From: an uncultured Alphaproteobacteria bacterium
GTDB lineage: Bacteria > Pseudomonadota > Alphaproteobacteria > Rhizobiales > Tepidamorphaceae
Direction: 5' to 3'
Length of the DNA: 64,000 nucleotides
Assembly: GCA_963816555.1 (NCBI GenBank)
Contig: CAWFLD010000012.1
Coordinates: 5,058-69,057 of the forward strand
The translations under genes were made by a program, and so were the position numbers. The notes under the pieces were generated by a model. The model saw nothing but the letters and a program-made list of their open reading frames with translations. It did not search any database and was not told the DNA's origin. Shown here in pieces: positions 48,009 to 59,163 of the stretch (position 1 is the first letter of the stretch; each line of letters starts with the position of its first letter).

Positions 48009-49202
48009 TCAGACGACGTTCTTCTCGACGAGCGGCCGGTTTCCGGCGATGCGCTCGAAGGCGAGCGGGCTCAGGTCGAGGCTCGTGAAGCGCCCCTCGA
48101 CGATCAGCTCGGCGAGGCCCCGCCCCACCGCCGGCGACTGCTGCAGCCCATGGCCGGAGAAGCCCGCCGCGACATAGCCGTTGGCGAGCTCCGGCAGCCG
48201 GCCGACGATCGCGTTGTGGTCGAAGAGGTTCATGTCGTAGTGGCCGGCCCAGGCGCGGCCCGGCCGGATCGCCTCGAAGGCCGGCACCCTGGCGGCGAGC
48301 GTCGGCCACAGGAACTCGTCGAAGAAGGAATGATCGACGTCGAAGTCGCCGCCGGCCTCCGGGTCGTCCTCCTCGGCGGGCGCCGAGCCGCAGATGAACC
48401 CCCGGCCCTCGGGCCGCACATAGGCGCCGGATGGATCGATCATGAGCGGGCAGTTCTCGACCGGGTCGCGACAGTCGAAATAGAAGACCATGCGCTTTCG
48501 CGCCTCGATGGGCAGCTCGGCGCCCATCTCCCGGCCGAGCGCGCGGGCGCCCGACGCACCGGCGGCGTTGACGAAGGCGCCGCAGGAGACGGACGTGCCG
48601 TCGGAGAGGCGGCAGGCGGTGATCCGCCCGCCCTGCCGCTCGAGGCCCGTGACGGCCGCGGCGCGGTACTCGACGCCGAGGGCGCGCGCCTTGCGGCGGA
48701 AGGCCTGCATCAGCCCGTAGCCGTCGAACCAGCCCTCGCCCGTGCGCCCCCACGTGCCGGCCGCGACGTCGTCGACGTTCAGCCAGGGGAAGCGCGCCTT
48801 CAGCTCCCCGGGCGTCTCGAGCAGGATGTCGGCGCCGCGCGCGGTCTGCAGGCGGTGGTTCTCCCGCAGCTGCGCCTCGCCCGGCGGCGTCGCGAGGAAC
48901 AGGTAGCCGCCTTCCTTCAGCCCGATCTCCGGCCGCTCGCCGTCGACCGCCAGCACCTCGCCGATGTCGCGCAGGAAGGCGATGCCGAAGAGCGAGATGT
49001 CGATGTTGATGGCGGTGGAATATTGCTGGCGGATCGAGCTCGCCGACAGGGCGGAGGCGGCGAAGCGGTAGGACGGATCCGGCTCGCAGACGAGGATCCG
49101 GCCGGAGAAGCCTGGATGGCGGGCCAGGAAATAGGCCGCCGCGCTGCCGATCGCGGCACCCCCGGCGATCACCACGTCGAAACTCCCCTCGCCACCGCTC
49201 AT
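48009..49202 (-). CDS. FAD-dependent oxidoreductase (DAO / sarcosine oxidase beta-like)
   Basis: DVVIAGGAAIG, SASSIRQQYS, VNAAGA, WAGHYD, GFSGHGLQQSPAVG. Confidence 0.88.
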   Translation of the reverse strand: MSGGEGSFDVVIAGGAAIGSAAAYFLARHPGFSGRILVCEPDPSYRFAASALSASSIRQQYSTAINIDISLFGIAFLRDIGEVLAVDGERPEIGLKEGGYLFLATPPGEAQLRENHRLQTARGADILLETPGELKARFPWLNVDDVAAGTWGRTGEGWFDGYGLMQAFRRKARALGVEYRAAAVTGLERQGGRITACRLSDGTSVSCGAFVNAAGASGARALGREMGAELPIEARKRMVFYFDCRDPVENCPLMIDPSGAYVRPEGRGFICGSAPAEEDDPEAGGDFDVDHSFFDEFLWPTLAARVPAFEAIRPGRAWAGHYDMNLFDHNAIVGRLPELANGYVAAGFSGHGLQQSPAVGRGLAELIVEGRFTSLDLSPLAFERIAGNRPLVEKNVV

Positions 49203-49380
49203 TCGCGCCCTCCGCCTGCGGGATGAAGCCCGACCGATAGCGAAAACGCGCGGCCGACGCGAGGGGGCCCTTGCGCGCATTCCCGCGCAAGCGGCTGTGG
49301 ACCGCCTCGGGGTCTCCGCCGTTTCTCCGCCGGGAGCGATCGTCTAGGATCCCGCGCGAACACCAAGGAGGCTGCCCCGC

Positions 49381-51099
49381 ATGTCGCACAAAGAGTTCCT
49401 CGACCGCGCGATCGCCGCCGGGCGCGGCGAGACGAAGGCCGACCTCGTCGTCAAGAACGTCGACCTGCTCGACGTGATCACCGGCAGCCTGACCCGCACC
49501 GACGTCGCCGTCGTCGGCGACCGCATCGTCGGCACGCACCACGAATATGACGGCGAGCGCGAGATCGACGGCTCGGGCCTCGCCTGCGCGCCGGGCTTCA
49601 TCGACACGCATCTCCACATCGAATCCTCCTGCGTCACCCCGCTCGAGTTCGACCGCTGCGTGCTGCCGCGCGGCATCACCACGGCGATCTGCGATCCCCA
49701 CGAGATCGCCAACGTGCTGGGCCTCGAGGGCATCCGCTATTTCCTCGACTGCGCCGGCGCGATGGCGATGGACCTGCACGTCAACCTGTCCTCCTGCGTG
49801 CCGGCGACCGATTTCGAGACGTCGGGCGCAGCGCTCGAGGCCGCCGACCTCGCGCCCTTCATGGACCATCCCAAGGTCCTGGGGCTCGCCGAGTTCATGA
49901 ACTTCCCCGGCGTCCTCCACCGCAGCCCCGGCGTGATGGACAAGCTCGACGCCTTCTTCGGCCGCCACATCGACGGGCACTGCCCGCTGCTGTCGGGCCG
50001 CGACCTGTGCGGCTACGTCGCCGCCGGCATCCGGACCGAGCACGAGGCGACGACGGCCGCGGAGGCACGCGAGAAGCTCGCGAAGGGCCTGCGCGTGCTG
50101 ATCCGCGAGGGCTCGGTCTCGAAGGACCTGCATGCGCTCGCCGAGATCCTCGACGAGAACACGTCGAGCTTCCTCGCGCTGTGCACCGACGACAGGAACC
50201 CGCTCGACATCGACGAGGAGGGCCATCTCGACCACATGATCCGGACGCTGATCGCGCTCGGCCGGCCGCGCCACCACGTCTACCGCGCGGCGAGCTGGTC
50301 GGGCGCGCAGGCCTTCGGGCTGAGGGACCGCGGCCTCGTCGCGCCGGGCCAGCGGGCGGACATCGTGCTGCTCGACGATCTCGACACCTGCAGCGTCCGC
50401 CAGGTGATCGCCGGCGGCCGCGTGGTCGACGACGCGCTGTTCGAAGGCCGGCGGACGGTCGAGCCGGTCGGCCTCGACTCGATGAAGGCGAGGCCCGTCA
50501 CCGCCGGGAGCTTCAGGGTCGAGGCGTTCCCCGGCGAGACGCCGGTCATCGGCGTGGTGCCCGGCCGGATCATCACCGAGCACCTCCACATGGCGCTGCC
50601 GGAGGAGGACGGCGCGGCGAAGATCGATCTCGGGCAGGACGCGGTGAAGGTGGCGGTCGTCGAGCGGCACGGCCGCTCCGGCTCGATCGGCGTCGGCTTC
50701 GTCCACAATTTCGGCCTGAAGCGCGGCGCGATCGCCTCCTCGGTCGGGCACGACAGCCACAACGTCACGGTGGTGGGCGCCGACGACGCCGACATGGCGC
50801 TCGCCGTGAACCGGCTCGGCGAGATCGGCGGCGGCTTCGTCGTCGTCGACGGCGGAAAGGTCGTCGGCGAGATCGCCCTGCCCGTCGCCGGCCTGATGAG
50901 CCTCGAGCCGTTCGAGACGGTGCGCGACACGCTGATCCCGCTGCGCAAGGCCGCCAAGGACCTCGGCTGCACCCTGCCCGAGCCGTTCCTGCAGGTCGCG
51001 TTCCTGCCCCTGCCGGTGATCCCGCACCTCAAGATCACGGACCAGGGCCTGTTCGACGTCGACGCCTTCGGGTTCGTCGAGCGGGAGGCGGCGGAGTAG
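49381..51099 (+). CDS. ade: Adenine deaminase
   Basis: [51 protein letters not shown]; AGGAGG RBS. Confidence 0.94.
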   Translation: MSHKEFLDRAIAAGRGETKADLVVKNVDLLDVITGSLTRTDVAVVGDRIVGTHHEYDGEREIDGSGLACAPGFIDTHLHIESSCVTPLEFDRCVLPRGITTAICDPHEIANVLGLEGIRYFLDCAGAMAMDLHVNLSSCVPATDFETSGAALEAADLAPFMDHPKVLGLAEFMNFPGVLHRSPGVMDKLDAFFGRHIDGHCPLLSGRDLCGYVAAGIRTEHEATTAAEAREKLAKGLRVLIREGSVSKDLHALAEILDENTSSFLALCTDDRNPLDIDEEGHLDHMIRTLIALGRPRHHVYRAASWSGAQAFGLRDRGLVAPGQRADIVLLDDLDTCSVRQVIAGGRVVDDALFEGRRTVEPVGLDSMKARPVTAGSFRVEAFPGETPVIGVVPGRIITEHLHMALPEEDGAAKIDLGQDAVKVAVVERHGRSGSIGVGFVHNFGLKRGAIASSVGHDSHNVTVVGADDADMALAVNRLGEIGGGFVVVDGGKVVGEIALPVAGLMSLEPFETVRDTLIPLRKAAKDLGCTLPEPFLQVAFLPLPVIPHLKITDQGLFDVDAFGFVEREAAE

Positions 51100-51228
51100 G
51101 CGGCACCGCCGCGGGCCCGGCTTGCGGGTTGCCCAGGCCGGCGCTCCCGGCGTAAGCACGCGCTCCGGCCTCCGCTCCGGCACGTCCCGTGCCGGGTGGC
51201 GCCTCCCCGTTCCTCCGGCACGGCCCCG

Positions 51229-52122
51229 ATGCAGACAGATCCGACCCGCCGGCTCGACACGCAGCGGACGGCGCGCTCCCGCGATGCCGCCCTCGCGGTG
51301 CTGGGCGTGCTCCTGCTCAGCTCGGATTCGCTGTTCCTGCGCCTGATCTCCGCGGACACGCTGACCGTCTCGTTCTGGCGCGGCCTCCTCTCGGCCGTCG
51401 CCTATCTCGTCCTCTGCCTGGTCCTGCCGGGCCGGCGAAACGCGCGGCGACTGCTGAGGCCGAGCGGCCCGACGCTGCTGGCCGGGCTGATCTTCGCGGG
51501 GAGCTCGATCTTCTTCGTCGGCGCGATCCAGCACGCGCCCGTCGCCAACGTCCTCCTGATCCTCGCCACCGCGCCCCTGACCACCGCGCTCATCTCGGGC
51601 CTGGCGCTGGGCGAGCGCGTCGGCCGGCCGACCTGGCTCGCCCTCGCCGGCGCGTTGCTCGGGGTCGGCGTGGTCGCGACGGGCGGGCTCGCCGGCGGCA
51701 GCATCGCCGGCCACGGCTTCGCGGTGGCGGTGACGGTCTGTCTCGGCACCTATTTCACGATCCTGCGGTCCGGCCGGGTCGACAGCGCCCTGCACGCGCT
51801 GGTCTTCTCCGGGCTCTTCTGCGCGGCCGCCTCCTTCGTTCTGTCCTCCAGCCTCGCCGTGCCGTCCGCCAGCGTGCCCTACCTCGTCGCCCTCTGCCTG
51901 GTGGTGGTGCCCGTCGCCTTCGCCCTGATCTCGATGGGGCCGCGGACGCTTCCCGCCTCCGAAGTCGCGCTCGTCATGCTGCTCGAGACGATATTCGGCC
52001 CCCTGTGGGTCTGGATCGGCGTGGGCGAGGTGCCCTCGACGAGCGCGTTCGCGGGCGGCGCGATCATCATCGCCTCGCTCGGCGGCCGGGCGCTGTGGAC
52101 GAGGCGTCGCGCCGGCGCGTGA
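51229..52122 (+). CDS. DMT/EamA family transporter
   Basis: About 10 hydrophobic segments in two repeats; LGERV, LPASEVALVMLLETIFGPLWVW. Confidence 0.87.
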   Translation: MQTDPTRRLDTQRTARSRDAALAVLGVLLLSSDSLFLRLISADTLTVSFWRGLLSAVAYLVLCLVLPGRRNARRLLRPSGPTLLAGLIFAGSSIFFVGAIQHAPVANVLLILATAPLTTALISGLALGERVGRPTWLALAGALLGVGVVATGGLAGGSIAGHGFAVAVTVCLGTYFTILRSGRVDSALHALVFSGLFCAAASFVLSSSLAVPSASVPYLVALCLVVVPVAFALISMGPRTLPASEVALVMLLETIFGPLWVWIGVGEVPSTSAFAGGAIIIASLGGRALWTRRRAGA

Positions 52123-52226
52123 CGGGCGGCGGGACCCCGGCCTTGCGGAGCCGGGGCGGATGCGGAACATCTTGATCCCGGGCCGTCGGCGAAGACGGCG
52201 GCGGGGAGACGACGAGGGGGCGGGCA

Positions 52227-53042
52227 TTGCCGGAAGAAGTGGATCTCGACCGGGACGAGGAGCGGCAGGTCGGCAGGTACGAGAACGTCCCGTCGCACGT
52301 CATCTACGAGGCGATCCGGCGGGAGGGAGAGCACGAGCTGTCGCGTCCCTTCAACGCGCTCTGGTGGTCGGGCGTCGCGGCGGGCCTCGCGATCAGCATG
52401 TCGGTCCTGTGCAAGGGCTTCCTGGCCTCGGTCCTGCCCGACGCGGAGTGGGCCGCCGGCGTCACGAATCTCGGCTACACCGTCGGCTTCCTGGTCGTGA
52501 TCCTCGGCCGGATGCAGCTCTTCACCGAGAACACGATCACGCCGATCCTGCCGCTCTTCCTCGACCCGTCGCGCACCAACTTCCTGCAGACCGCCAGGCT
52601 CTGGGGCATCGTCTTCGCGGCCAATCTCGTCGGCTGCGGGGCGGCGGCGGTCGTGCTCGCGCACGGGCACATCCTGCCGGAGGCCCGCTTCGAGGGCATC
52701 CTCGCCGTCTCCCGCCACTACGCGGACGGCACGGCGCTCGAGCATTTCGCCTGGGCGATCCCGGCCGGCTTCATCATCGCGGCGCTGGTCTGGATCCTGC
52801 CGCGCATGGAAGGCGCCGGCGAGGTGCTGATGATCGTGATCCTGACCTACGCCATCGGGCTCGGCGGCATGTCGCACGTCGTGGCGGGCTCGACCGAGCT
52901 GTTCATCCTGGTCGCCCGCGGCGAGCTGGGCCTGGGCATGGCCCTCGTCGCCGGGGTGCTGCCGGCCCTCGCCGGCAACGTGCTCGGCGGGACGGGCATC
53001 TTCGCCGCCCTCACCTATGCGCAGGTGCGCGACGAGATCTGA
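52227..53042 (+). CDS. Formate/nitrite transporter (FNT) family protein, YfdC-like
   Basis: GEHELSRP, QLFTENT, HVVAGSTE, GNVLGG; TTG start. Confidence 0.85.
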   Translation: MPEEVDLDRDEERQVGRYENVPSHVIYEAIRREGEHELSRPFNALWWSGVAAGLAISMSVLCKGFLASVLPDAEWAAGVTNLGYTVGFLVVILGRMQLFTENTITPILPLFLDPSRTNFLQTARLWGIVFAANLVGCGAAAVVLAHGHILPEARFEGILAVSRHYADGTALEHFAWAIPAGFIIAALVWILPRMEGAGEVLMIVILTYAIGLGGMSHVVAGSTELFILVARGELGLGMALVAGVLPALAGNVLGGTGIFAALTYAQVRDEI

Positions 53043-53057
53043 CCGCGGCGGCGCCCG

Positions 53058-54350
53058 TCACCCCATGGTGCGCGGGATGAAGAGCACGAGCCACGGCAGC
53101 AGCAGGATGATCGCCAGCCGCACGATGTCGGCGGCGATGAACGGCACGACGCCGCGGAAGATCGCCTGGACCGGCACGTCGCGCAGGACCGTGTTGAGCA
53201 CGAAGACGTTGAGGCCGATCGGCGGGGTGATGAGGCTGATCTCGGTGACGACCACGACGAGGATGCCGAACCAGACGAGGTCGAAGCCGAGGCCCGCCAC
53301 GATCGGATAGAAGATCGGCACGGTGAGGAGCACCATCGACAGGCTCTCGAGCACCGTGCCGAGCGCGACGTAGATGGCGAGGATCGCGGCGAGCACCACG
53401 ACGGGCGGCACGTCGAGGCTGCCGATGAAGGCGGTCAGGTCGCGCGGCAGCCCGGCGATGTTGACGAAGTTCGTGAACAGCGTCGCGCCGATCAGCAGGA
53501 AGAACATCATCGCCGTCGTCGCCGCCGTGTCGATGAGCACGGCGTAGAGGCTCCTGAAGCTCAGGGCGCGGCGCAGGAGCGCGATCACGAAGGCGCCGAA
53601 CGCGCCGATGCCGGCGGCCTCGGTCGCGGTGAAGATGCCGAGATAGATGCCGCCCATCACCACGACGAACAGGGCGAGCACGCCGCCGACGCCGCGGATC
53701 GCCGCGATCCGCTCGCGCATCGGCAGCGGGTCGGCGGGCCGGCCGGCCTCGGGGTCGAAATGCAGCGTCACCCGCACCGCCGCGAGATAGAGCACGATGC
53801 CGAGAAGCCCCGGCACGATGCCCGCGAGGAACAGCTCGCCGATATTCTGCTGCGTCGTCACGCCGTAGAGGACGAGGATCACCGAGGGCGGGATCAGGAT
53901 GCCGAGCGTGCCGCCGGCCGCGATGGTGCCGGCGGCCAGCGACTGCGAGTAGCCGTAGCGCCGCATCGGCGGCATCGCGACCTTGGCCATCGTCGCCGCC
54001 GTCGCCAGCGACGAGCCGCAGACGGCGGAGAAGCCGCCGCAGGCGACGATCGTCGCCATGGCGAGCCCGCCCCTGCGGTGGCCGAGCCAGGCATGGCTCG
54101 CCGCGTAGAGCTCGTCGGCGAGCCCCGCCTGCACGATGAGGTTGCCCATCAGGATGAACAGCGGGACGACCGACAATTCGTAGTTGAGGCCCGTCTGGTA
54201 GGAGATCTGCCCGAGCATGGCGAGCGCCGCCGTCGGGTTCAGCAGCAGCGCCACCCCGATCCCGCCGACGAGCAGCATGCCGACGGCGATCGGCAGCCCC
54301 GCGAGAAGCAGGACGAGCAGGACGACGATGCCGGGCAGCCAGGCTTCCAT
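53058..54350 (-). CDS. dctM: TRAP transporter large permease
   Basis: VPLFILMG, GSSLATAAT, GGTLGILIPPS, FTATEAA, LITPPIGLNVF. Confidence 0.93.
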   Translation of the reverse strand: MEAWLPGIVVLLVLLLAGLPIAVGMLLVGGIGVALLLNPTAALAMLGQISYQTGLNYELSVVPLFILMGNLIVQAGLADELYAASHAWLGHRRGGLAMATIVACGGFSAVCGSSLATAATMAKVAMPPMRRYGYSQSLAAGTIAAGGTLGILIPPSVILVLYGVTTQQNIGELFLAGIVPGLLGIVLYLAAVRVTLHFDPEAGRPADPLPMRERIAAIRGVGGVLALFVVVMGGIYLGIFTATEAAGIGAFGAFVIALLRRALSFRSLYAVLIDTAATTAMMFFLLIGATLFTNFVNIAGLPRDLTAFIGSLDVPPVVVLAAILAIYVALGTVLESLSMVLLTVPIFYPIVAGLGFDLVWFGILVVVVTEISLITPPIGLNVFVLNTVLRDVPVQAIFRGVVPFIAADIVRLAIILLLPWLVLFIPRTMG

Positions 54351-54452
54351 GGCGCGCGCCTCAGATGCCGCGCGACCGGGAACGGGCGGCGGTGTCGTGC
54401 GCCCGCCTCCCGCCGCTCCGGGAAAGGCGGGGACGCCTCTCGCGGTGGACGC

Positions 54453-54983
54453 TCACCCGGTCATCCCGCTCTTCATCGCCTGCGCCCCGCCGCGGCCGAT
54501 CGCGTGCGCGACGGCGAGGAACACGAGGATCAGGGCCGACAGGCCCGCGAGGCCGGTCATGCACCAGGCGAGCGGGGCCATCGGGATCCTGAGGAGCGAG
54601 GTCGTGTCGCCGTAGGAGGCGAGCCGGCCGGCCTGTACGGAGAGCTGCCAGGCGATGAAGCCGAACACGACGGCGCTCAGCGCGCTGGTGAGGGCGGCGT
54701 GCAGCTCGGCGGCGCGCCCCTTCAGGCGGCCCGACAGGAGCGTCACCGAGACGTGCTGCTCGCGCAGCGTGACGAGCGGCAGGCCGGCGAAGACCGTGGC
54801 GGCCAGGAGCAGCTGCGTCAGCTCGAACGCGCCCGGCAGCGGCGCCGTGAACAGGTAGCGGCCGGCGACGTCGACCGTCGTGATCAGCATCATGGCGAGC
54901 AGGAAGACCGCGGCGGCGAGCCCGAGGAGCAGCGCCACCGCGCGGGCCAGCCGGCCGCCGGGGCCGGACGGGGCCGATGCCAC
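54453..54983 (-). CDS. dctQ: TRAP transporter small permease
   Basis: Four TM segments, DVAGRYLF...PLPGAFEL, QHVSV. Confidence 0.88.
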   Translation of the reverse strand: MASAPSGPGGRLARAVALLLGLAAAVFLLAMMLITTVDVAGRYLFTAPLPGAFELTQLLLAATVFAGLPLVTLREQHVSVTLLSGRLKGRAAELHAALTSALSAVVFGFIAWQLSVQAGRLASYGDTTSLLRIPMAPLAWCMTGLAGLSALILVFLAVAHAIGRGGAQAMKSGMTG

Positions 54984-54986
54984 GGA

Positions 54987-56006
54987 TCAGCCGCCGTAGG
55001 AGTCGACTTCGCTGCGCAGCATCTTCAGGGCCGCCTCGCCGTCGACGCCCTTGTCCGACATCTGCTTCAGGATGCGGTCGACGAGCGGCTGCAGCTTCTC
55101 CTTCACCTTGGCGAGCTGCGCGTCGTCGAGGGTCACGAACGCGATGCCTTCCGACTTCATCTTCTCGAGGCCGGCGGCGTCCGCCTTGTCCCAGGCGGCG
55201 CCGGCGCGCTTGGCGAAGGTCTCGCCCGACACGCTCATGATCGCCTTCTGGTCCTCCTCCGACAGGCTGTCGAAGGTGGCCTGGTTCATGATGAAGAAGA
55301 AGCTGGTGTTGTAGAGCCCCTTCGGCACGACGGTGCCGTGCTCGACGATGCCGTCGAGGCGGAAGAACGGCACGCTCTCATAGGGAAACAGGATGCCGTC
55401 CGCGATGCCCGAGGACAGGATCTCGTAGGTCTTGCTCGACGGCTCGAGCAGCGGCACCGCGCCCAGCGTCTTGGCGATGTCGTTGACGACGCCGCCGCCG
55501 GTGCGCAGCTTCAGGCCCTGCAGGTCGTCGACCGAGGTGACCGGCGTCTTCGTCGTGAAGATCTGCCCCGGCCCGTGCGTGAAGACCGACAGCACCTTCA
55601 CGCCGCGGTGCTCGCCCGCCCCGGCGAGCATCTTCTCGTAGGTGCGCCAGTAGGCGACCGACACCGCCTCGGCCGAATCGCCGAGGAAGGGCAGCTCCGC
55701 CACCTGCGTGAGCGTGAAGCGGCCGGGCGTATAGCCGTGCACGCCGAAGGCGACGTCGGCCTGGCCGGTCGCCACGATGTCGAACTGCGCCGGCGGCGGG
55801 CCGATCGGCGCGTCCATGATCTCGACATGGACCCGGCCGTCCGTCGCCTTCTCCACGTCCGCCGCCCACGGCTTCACCATGTCGGCGACGATCGGATGGG
55901 AGGGCGGCAGCCAGTTCGACACGCGCAGCGTCGTCTGCGCCTGCGCGGGCGCGAAAAGCCCGAAGAAACCGATCCCGGCGGCCACCACGGCGGCGAAACG
56001 CTTCAT
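54987..56006 (-). CDS. dctP: TRAP transporter substrate-binding protein
   Basis: Signal peptide, VSNWLPPSH, GYTPGRF, DLQGLKLR; substrate not determinable from the sequence. Confidence 0.9.
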   Translation of the reverse strand: MKRFAAVVAAGIGFFGLFAPAQAQTTLRVSNWLPPSHPIVADMVKPWAADVEKATDGRVHVEIMDAPIGPPPAQFDIVATGQADVAFGVHGYTPGRFTLTQVAELPFLGDSAEAVSVAYWRTYEKMLAGAGEHRGVKVLSVFTHGPGQIFTTKTPVTSVDDLQGLKLRTGGGVVNDIAKTLGAVPLLEPSSKTYEILSSGIADGILFPYESVPFFRLDGIVEHGTVVPKGLYNTSFFFIMNQATFDSLSEEDQKAIMSVSGETFAKRAGAAWDKADAAGLEKMKSEGIAFVTLDDAQLAKVKEKLQPLVDRILKQMSDKGVDGEAALKMLRSEVDSYGG

Positions 56007-56109
56007 ACCTCATCCCCTGCAGCGGAAAGGGCCGCCCGCTTCGGGCGGCGACGCTTCGTTCCTTGGTAGCCGTCGCGGCCCGGTTCGCGCAAGCCGGATC
56101 GGCGGCGCC

Positions 56110-57847
56110 TCAGCGGAGATAGGCCTCGGCACCGTAGCGGCGCATCATGCGCTGCGTGTTGAAGGTCGAGCCGATGCGGGCGATCGCCTGCTTCATCATC
56201 CAGATCCACTTCTCGCGGTCCTGGTGGTAGAGCGGCAGCACGACGTTCTCGAGCTTGTCGTAGAGGTTGTCGCCGTCGGCGTCGGACGGCTCGCCGTTGC
56301 CGATCGACCAGCCGGTGACGCCCTCGACCCAGCCCTCGACCCACCAGCCGTCGAGCGTGGAGAAGTTCAGCGCGCCGTTCAGCGCCGCCTTCATGCCCGA
56401 CGTGCCCGACGCCTCGAGCGGCGGCTGCGGCGTGTTGAGCCAGACGTCGACGCCCGAGATGATGTGGTGCGCGGTGGCCAGGCCGTAGTTCGGCATGTAG
56501 GCGATCTTCAGCCTGTCCTTCAGGTCGCCGCTCGCCATCAGGATGTCGTGGATCGCGCCCTTGCCGGTGCCGTCGCGGGGATGCGCCTTGCCGGAGACGA
56601 CGATCTGGAACGGCGTCTTCTCGGCGATCTGCTGCAGGCGGGCGTGGTCGCGGAACAGGAGGCCCGGCCGCTTGTAGCCCGTCATGCGCCTGGCATAGCC
56701 GATGATCGGCAGCTCCGGGTCGAGCTCGGCGCCGACCTCCTCCTTCAGGAGGTCGCAGAGCTCGGCCTTGGCCGCCATGTGGGCCTGCCAGATCTCCTCG
56801 TCGCTCAGCGTGTCGACGTGATTGAGCGACCTCCGGCTCCGTGTGCCAGACGGGAAAGCGCTCGTCGAACAGGCTCGCGAAGGCCGGGTGGGCCCACCGG
56901 CCGGGATGGATCCCGTTGGTGATCGAGCGCACCTCGTAGCCCGGGAACATGTGCCGCGTCGTGTTGGCGTGGCTGCGCGCGACGCCGTTGACGTAGCTCG
57001 ACAGGTTGAGGGCGAGCCGCGTCATGTTCAGGCAGTCCTCGCCGCCGAGATGCTGCAGGTCGCCGTTGTGCAGGAGCTCGCCGGCGACCCGGCCCACGAG
57101 GTCGTACGGGAACTTGTCGTGGCCCGCCTCGACCGGCGTGTGGGTGGTGAACACGCACATGTCGCGCACGCGGCCGTAGTCGTACTCGGAGTACATCGGC
57201 AGCGAGCGGCCGCGCTCGCGCCGGAAGCGCGACAGGAGCTCGACCGTGAGCAGCGCCGCGTGGCCCTCGTTCATGTGGTAGGTCGTGATGTCGAAGCCGA
57301 GCGCCCGCAGGATGCGGCAGCCGCCGATGCCGAGCACGATCTCCTGCTTCAGCCGGTAGACCTCGTCACCGCCATACAGGTGGTCGGTGATGTTGCGGTC
57401 CCGCTCGTCGTTCTGTTCGAGGTCGGTATCGAGCAGCAGCACCGGCACCTGGCCGCCGGTCGGCGACTTCAGCGTGTAGAGCCACGGCCGGATCCAGACC
57501 TGTCGGCCCTCGATCGTCACGGCGACGATGGCGCCGAGCGCCACGGCATGCTCGGACGGCTCCCACGGATCGGGCTCCTCCTGCTGCCGGCCGAGCTGGT
57601 CGATCGTCTGGCGGAAATAGCCCTTCCGCGTGACGGGCGTGACGAACACCATCGGCAGGTTGAGGTCGGCCGCCGCGAGCGCGGTGTCGCCCGCGAGCAC
57701 GCCGAGCCCTCCGGAATAGGTATGGATCGCCGGCTCGAGCGCGATCTCCATGGAGAGGTAGGCGACGCGGCCGCGAGCCGCGAACGGCTCGATCAGCGAC
57801 ATCGGAGCCGTCGCGACGGCAACCGCGTCCTTCCGGGTCTGCAGCAT
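56110..57847 (-). pseudogene. glgP: Short-form alpha-glucan phosphorylase with an apparent +1 frameshift at about 56827 (may be a sequencing error)
   Basis: YSGGLGVLAGD, HMNEGH, FTTHTP, ITNGIH, then in another frame ARRMTGYKR, GKAHP and PLP motif EASGTSGMK. GTC G CTC AAT breaks EPEV/LNH. Confidence 0.88.
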
Positions 57848-57926
57848 ATTCCACTCCCTTTGCCGCTCCTACGCATCCGTGTCCGGAGCGGACCACGCAT
57901 GCTGGCGCGCCTGTGGTAGGCAATGC

Positions 57927-58865
57927 TCAAGGCAGCGACTCGATGACGACCGCCTGTCGCAGGCGCTCGATATCCACCCGTTCGGCAAGCTCGCTGCCCG
58001 GTGTGACGACCGCTGCGGTGCCCGCCGCGACGGCCCAGGCGAAGCATTCTTCCCAGCGCTCGCCCCGGTCGAGCGCCCAGATGAAGCCGGCCAGGAAGCT
58101 GTCGCCGGACCCCACCGCGCTCACGACCTCGACGTCGATCGGCGGCGCCCGCCAGCTTCCCTCGGCCGTCACCAAGAGAGCCCCATGGCGTCCCAAGGTC
58201 AATGCCACGGCCTGCGCCCGTCCCGTCTCGACGAGCGCCCGGGCCGCGCCGACCTGCGCGCCGCGGTCCGGCAGGTGCCGGCCGGCGACCGCCTCGAGCT
58301 CGCGCAGGCTCGGCTTGCACAGGTACGCGCCTTGCTGAAGCGCGGCGGCGAGCGCGTCGCCCGACGTGTCGACGACGAGCCGCGCGCCCATCTGCCTGGC
58401 GATCTGCGCCACCTCGCCGTGGAACGACGGGGGGCAGCCGGGGGGCAGGCTGCCGCTCGCCACGAGATAGTGCGGCGGTGCGCAGCAGCGCAGGCGCGAC
58501 AGGCAGGCGGCGAGCTCGGCCTCGGACAGGACGGGGCCCGGCAGGACGAAGCGGAACTGCTCGCCGGTGTGCGCGTCGTTCGCCGTGAAGTTCTCCCGCG
58601 TCTCGCCGGCGATCTCGACGGGGATCTCGTCGATCCCCTCCTTGCGGACGAGGTCGACGAGCAGCCGGCCGAGCGCGCCGCCGGCCGGGAAGATCGCGCG
58701 GCAGTCGGCGCCGAGGCGGGTCAGCACGCGGGCGACGTTGACGCCGCCGCCGCCCGCCTCGCGACGCACGGCCTCGCAGCGGATCTTGTGCGTCGGCAGG
58801 ATGCCCTCGGCGTCGACCGAGAGGTCGACGGCCGGGTTCATCGTCAGGGTCAGGATGTCGGGCAT
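57927..58865 (-). CDS. pfkB: PfkB / 1-phosphofructokinase family hexose kinase
   Basis: TMNPAVD, GGGGVNVAR, ETRENF, VVDTSG, SAVGSGDSFLAG. Confidence 0.88.
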   Translation of the reverse strand: MPDILTLTMNPAVDLSVDAEGILPTHKIRCEAVRREAGGGGVNVARVLTRLGADCRAIFPAGGALGRLLVDLVRKEGIDEIPVEIAGETRENFTANDAHTGEQFRFVLPGPVLSEAELAACLSRLRCCAPPHYLVASGSLPPGCPPSFHGEVAQIARQMGARLVVDTSGDALAAALQQGAYLCKPSLRELEAVAGRHLPDRGAQVGAARALVETGRAQAVALTLGRHGALLVTAEGSWRAPPIDVEVVSAVGSGDSFLAGFIWALDRGERWEECFAWAVAAGTAAVVTPGSELAERVDIERLRQAVVIESLP

Positions 58866-58905
58866 TCGGCCTCCGCCCGGACGGGTGCGGCGCGAGCCGG
58901 CCGGC

Positions 58906-59163
58906 TCAGCGGACTTCCTTCTCCGCCGCCGGAAGCTCGGCCTGCACGCGCTGCAGGAAGTCGTCCCAGCTCAGCTTGGAGAACTCGAGGAGCATCACGA
59001 GGCCGCCGCCGCTCAGCGGCTCGGAGCCCAGCTCGATGCGCGTCAGCTCCAGCTCCGGCACGTCGAGCGCCTGGGCCAGCACGTCGCGGGGGATGTGCCC
59101 CTCGTCGTGCAGGCGGCGCAGGGCGTGGGCGATGGCGACGTCGTAGACGGCTTTCTTGCGCAT
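58906..59163 (-). CDS. Small XRE-like helix-turn-helix protein (85 aa)
   Basis: C-terminal part of ORF 58906..59979: ALRRLHDEGHIPRDVLAQALDVPELELTRIELG; GAGG RBS before ATG 59163. Confidence 0.65.
   Translation of the reverse strand: MRKKAVYDVAIAHALRRLHDEGHIPRDVLAQALDVPELELTRIELGSEPLSGGGLVMLLEFSKLSWDDFLQRVQAELPAAEKEVR

Noticed and set aside
49203-49380. Possible purine riboswitch before adenine deaminase
   Set aside because: No recognisable aptamer core; the region is a short GC-rich divergent spacer.
52164-52187. GGAAC...CGTC upstream of the FNT gene as an EcfG promoter
   Set aside because: Spacer is 15 nt and the -10 is not GTT; too weak to call.
47482-52227. 1581-aa minus-strand ORF
   Set aside because: Shadow of ade and the DMT gene; only the last 139 codons look like a real protein.
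6380-56830. Programmed frameshifting or phase variation at the three +1 sites
   Set aside because: No slippery heptamer, long homopolymer or shared context; error or point mutation is simpler.
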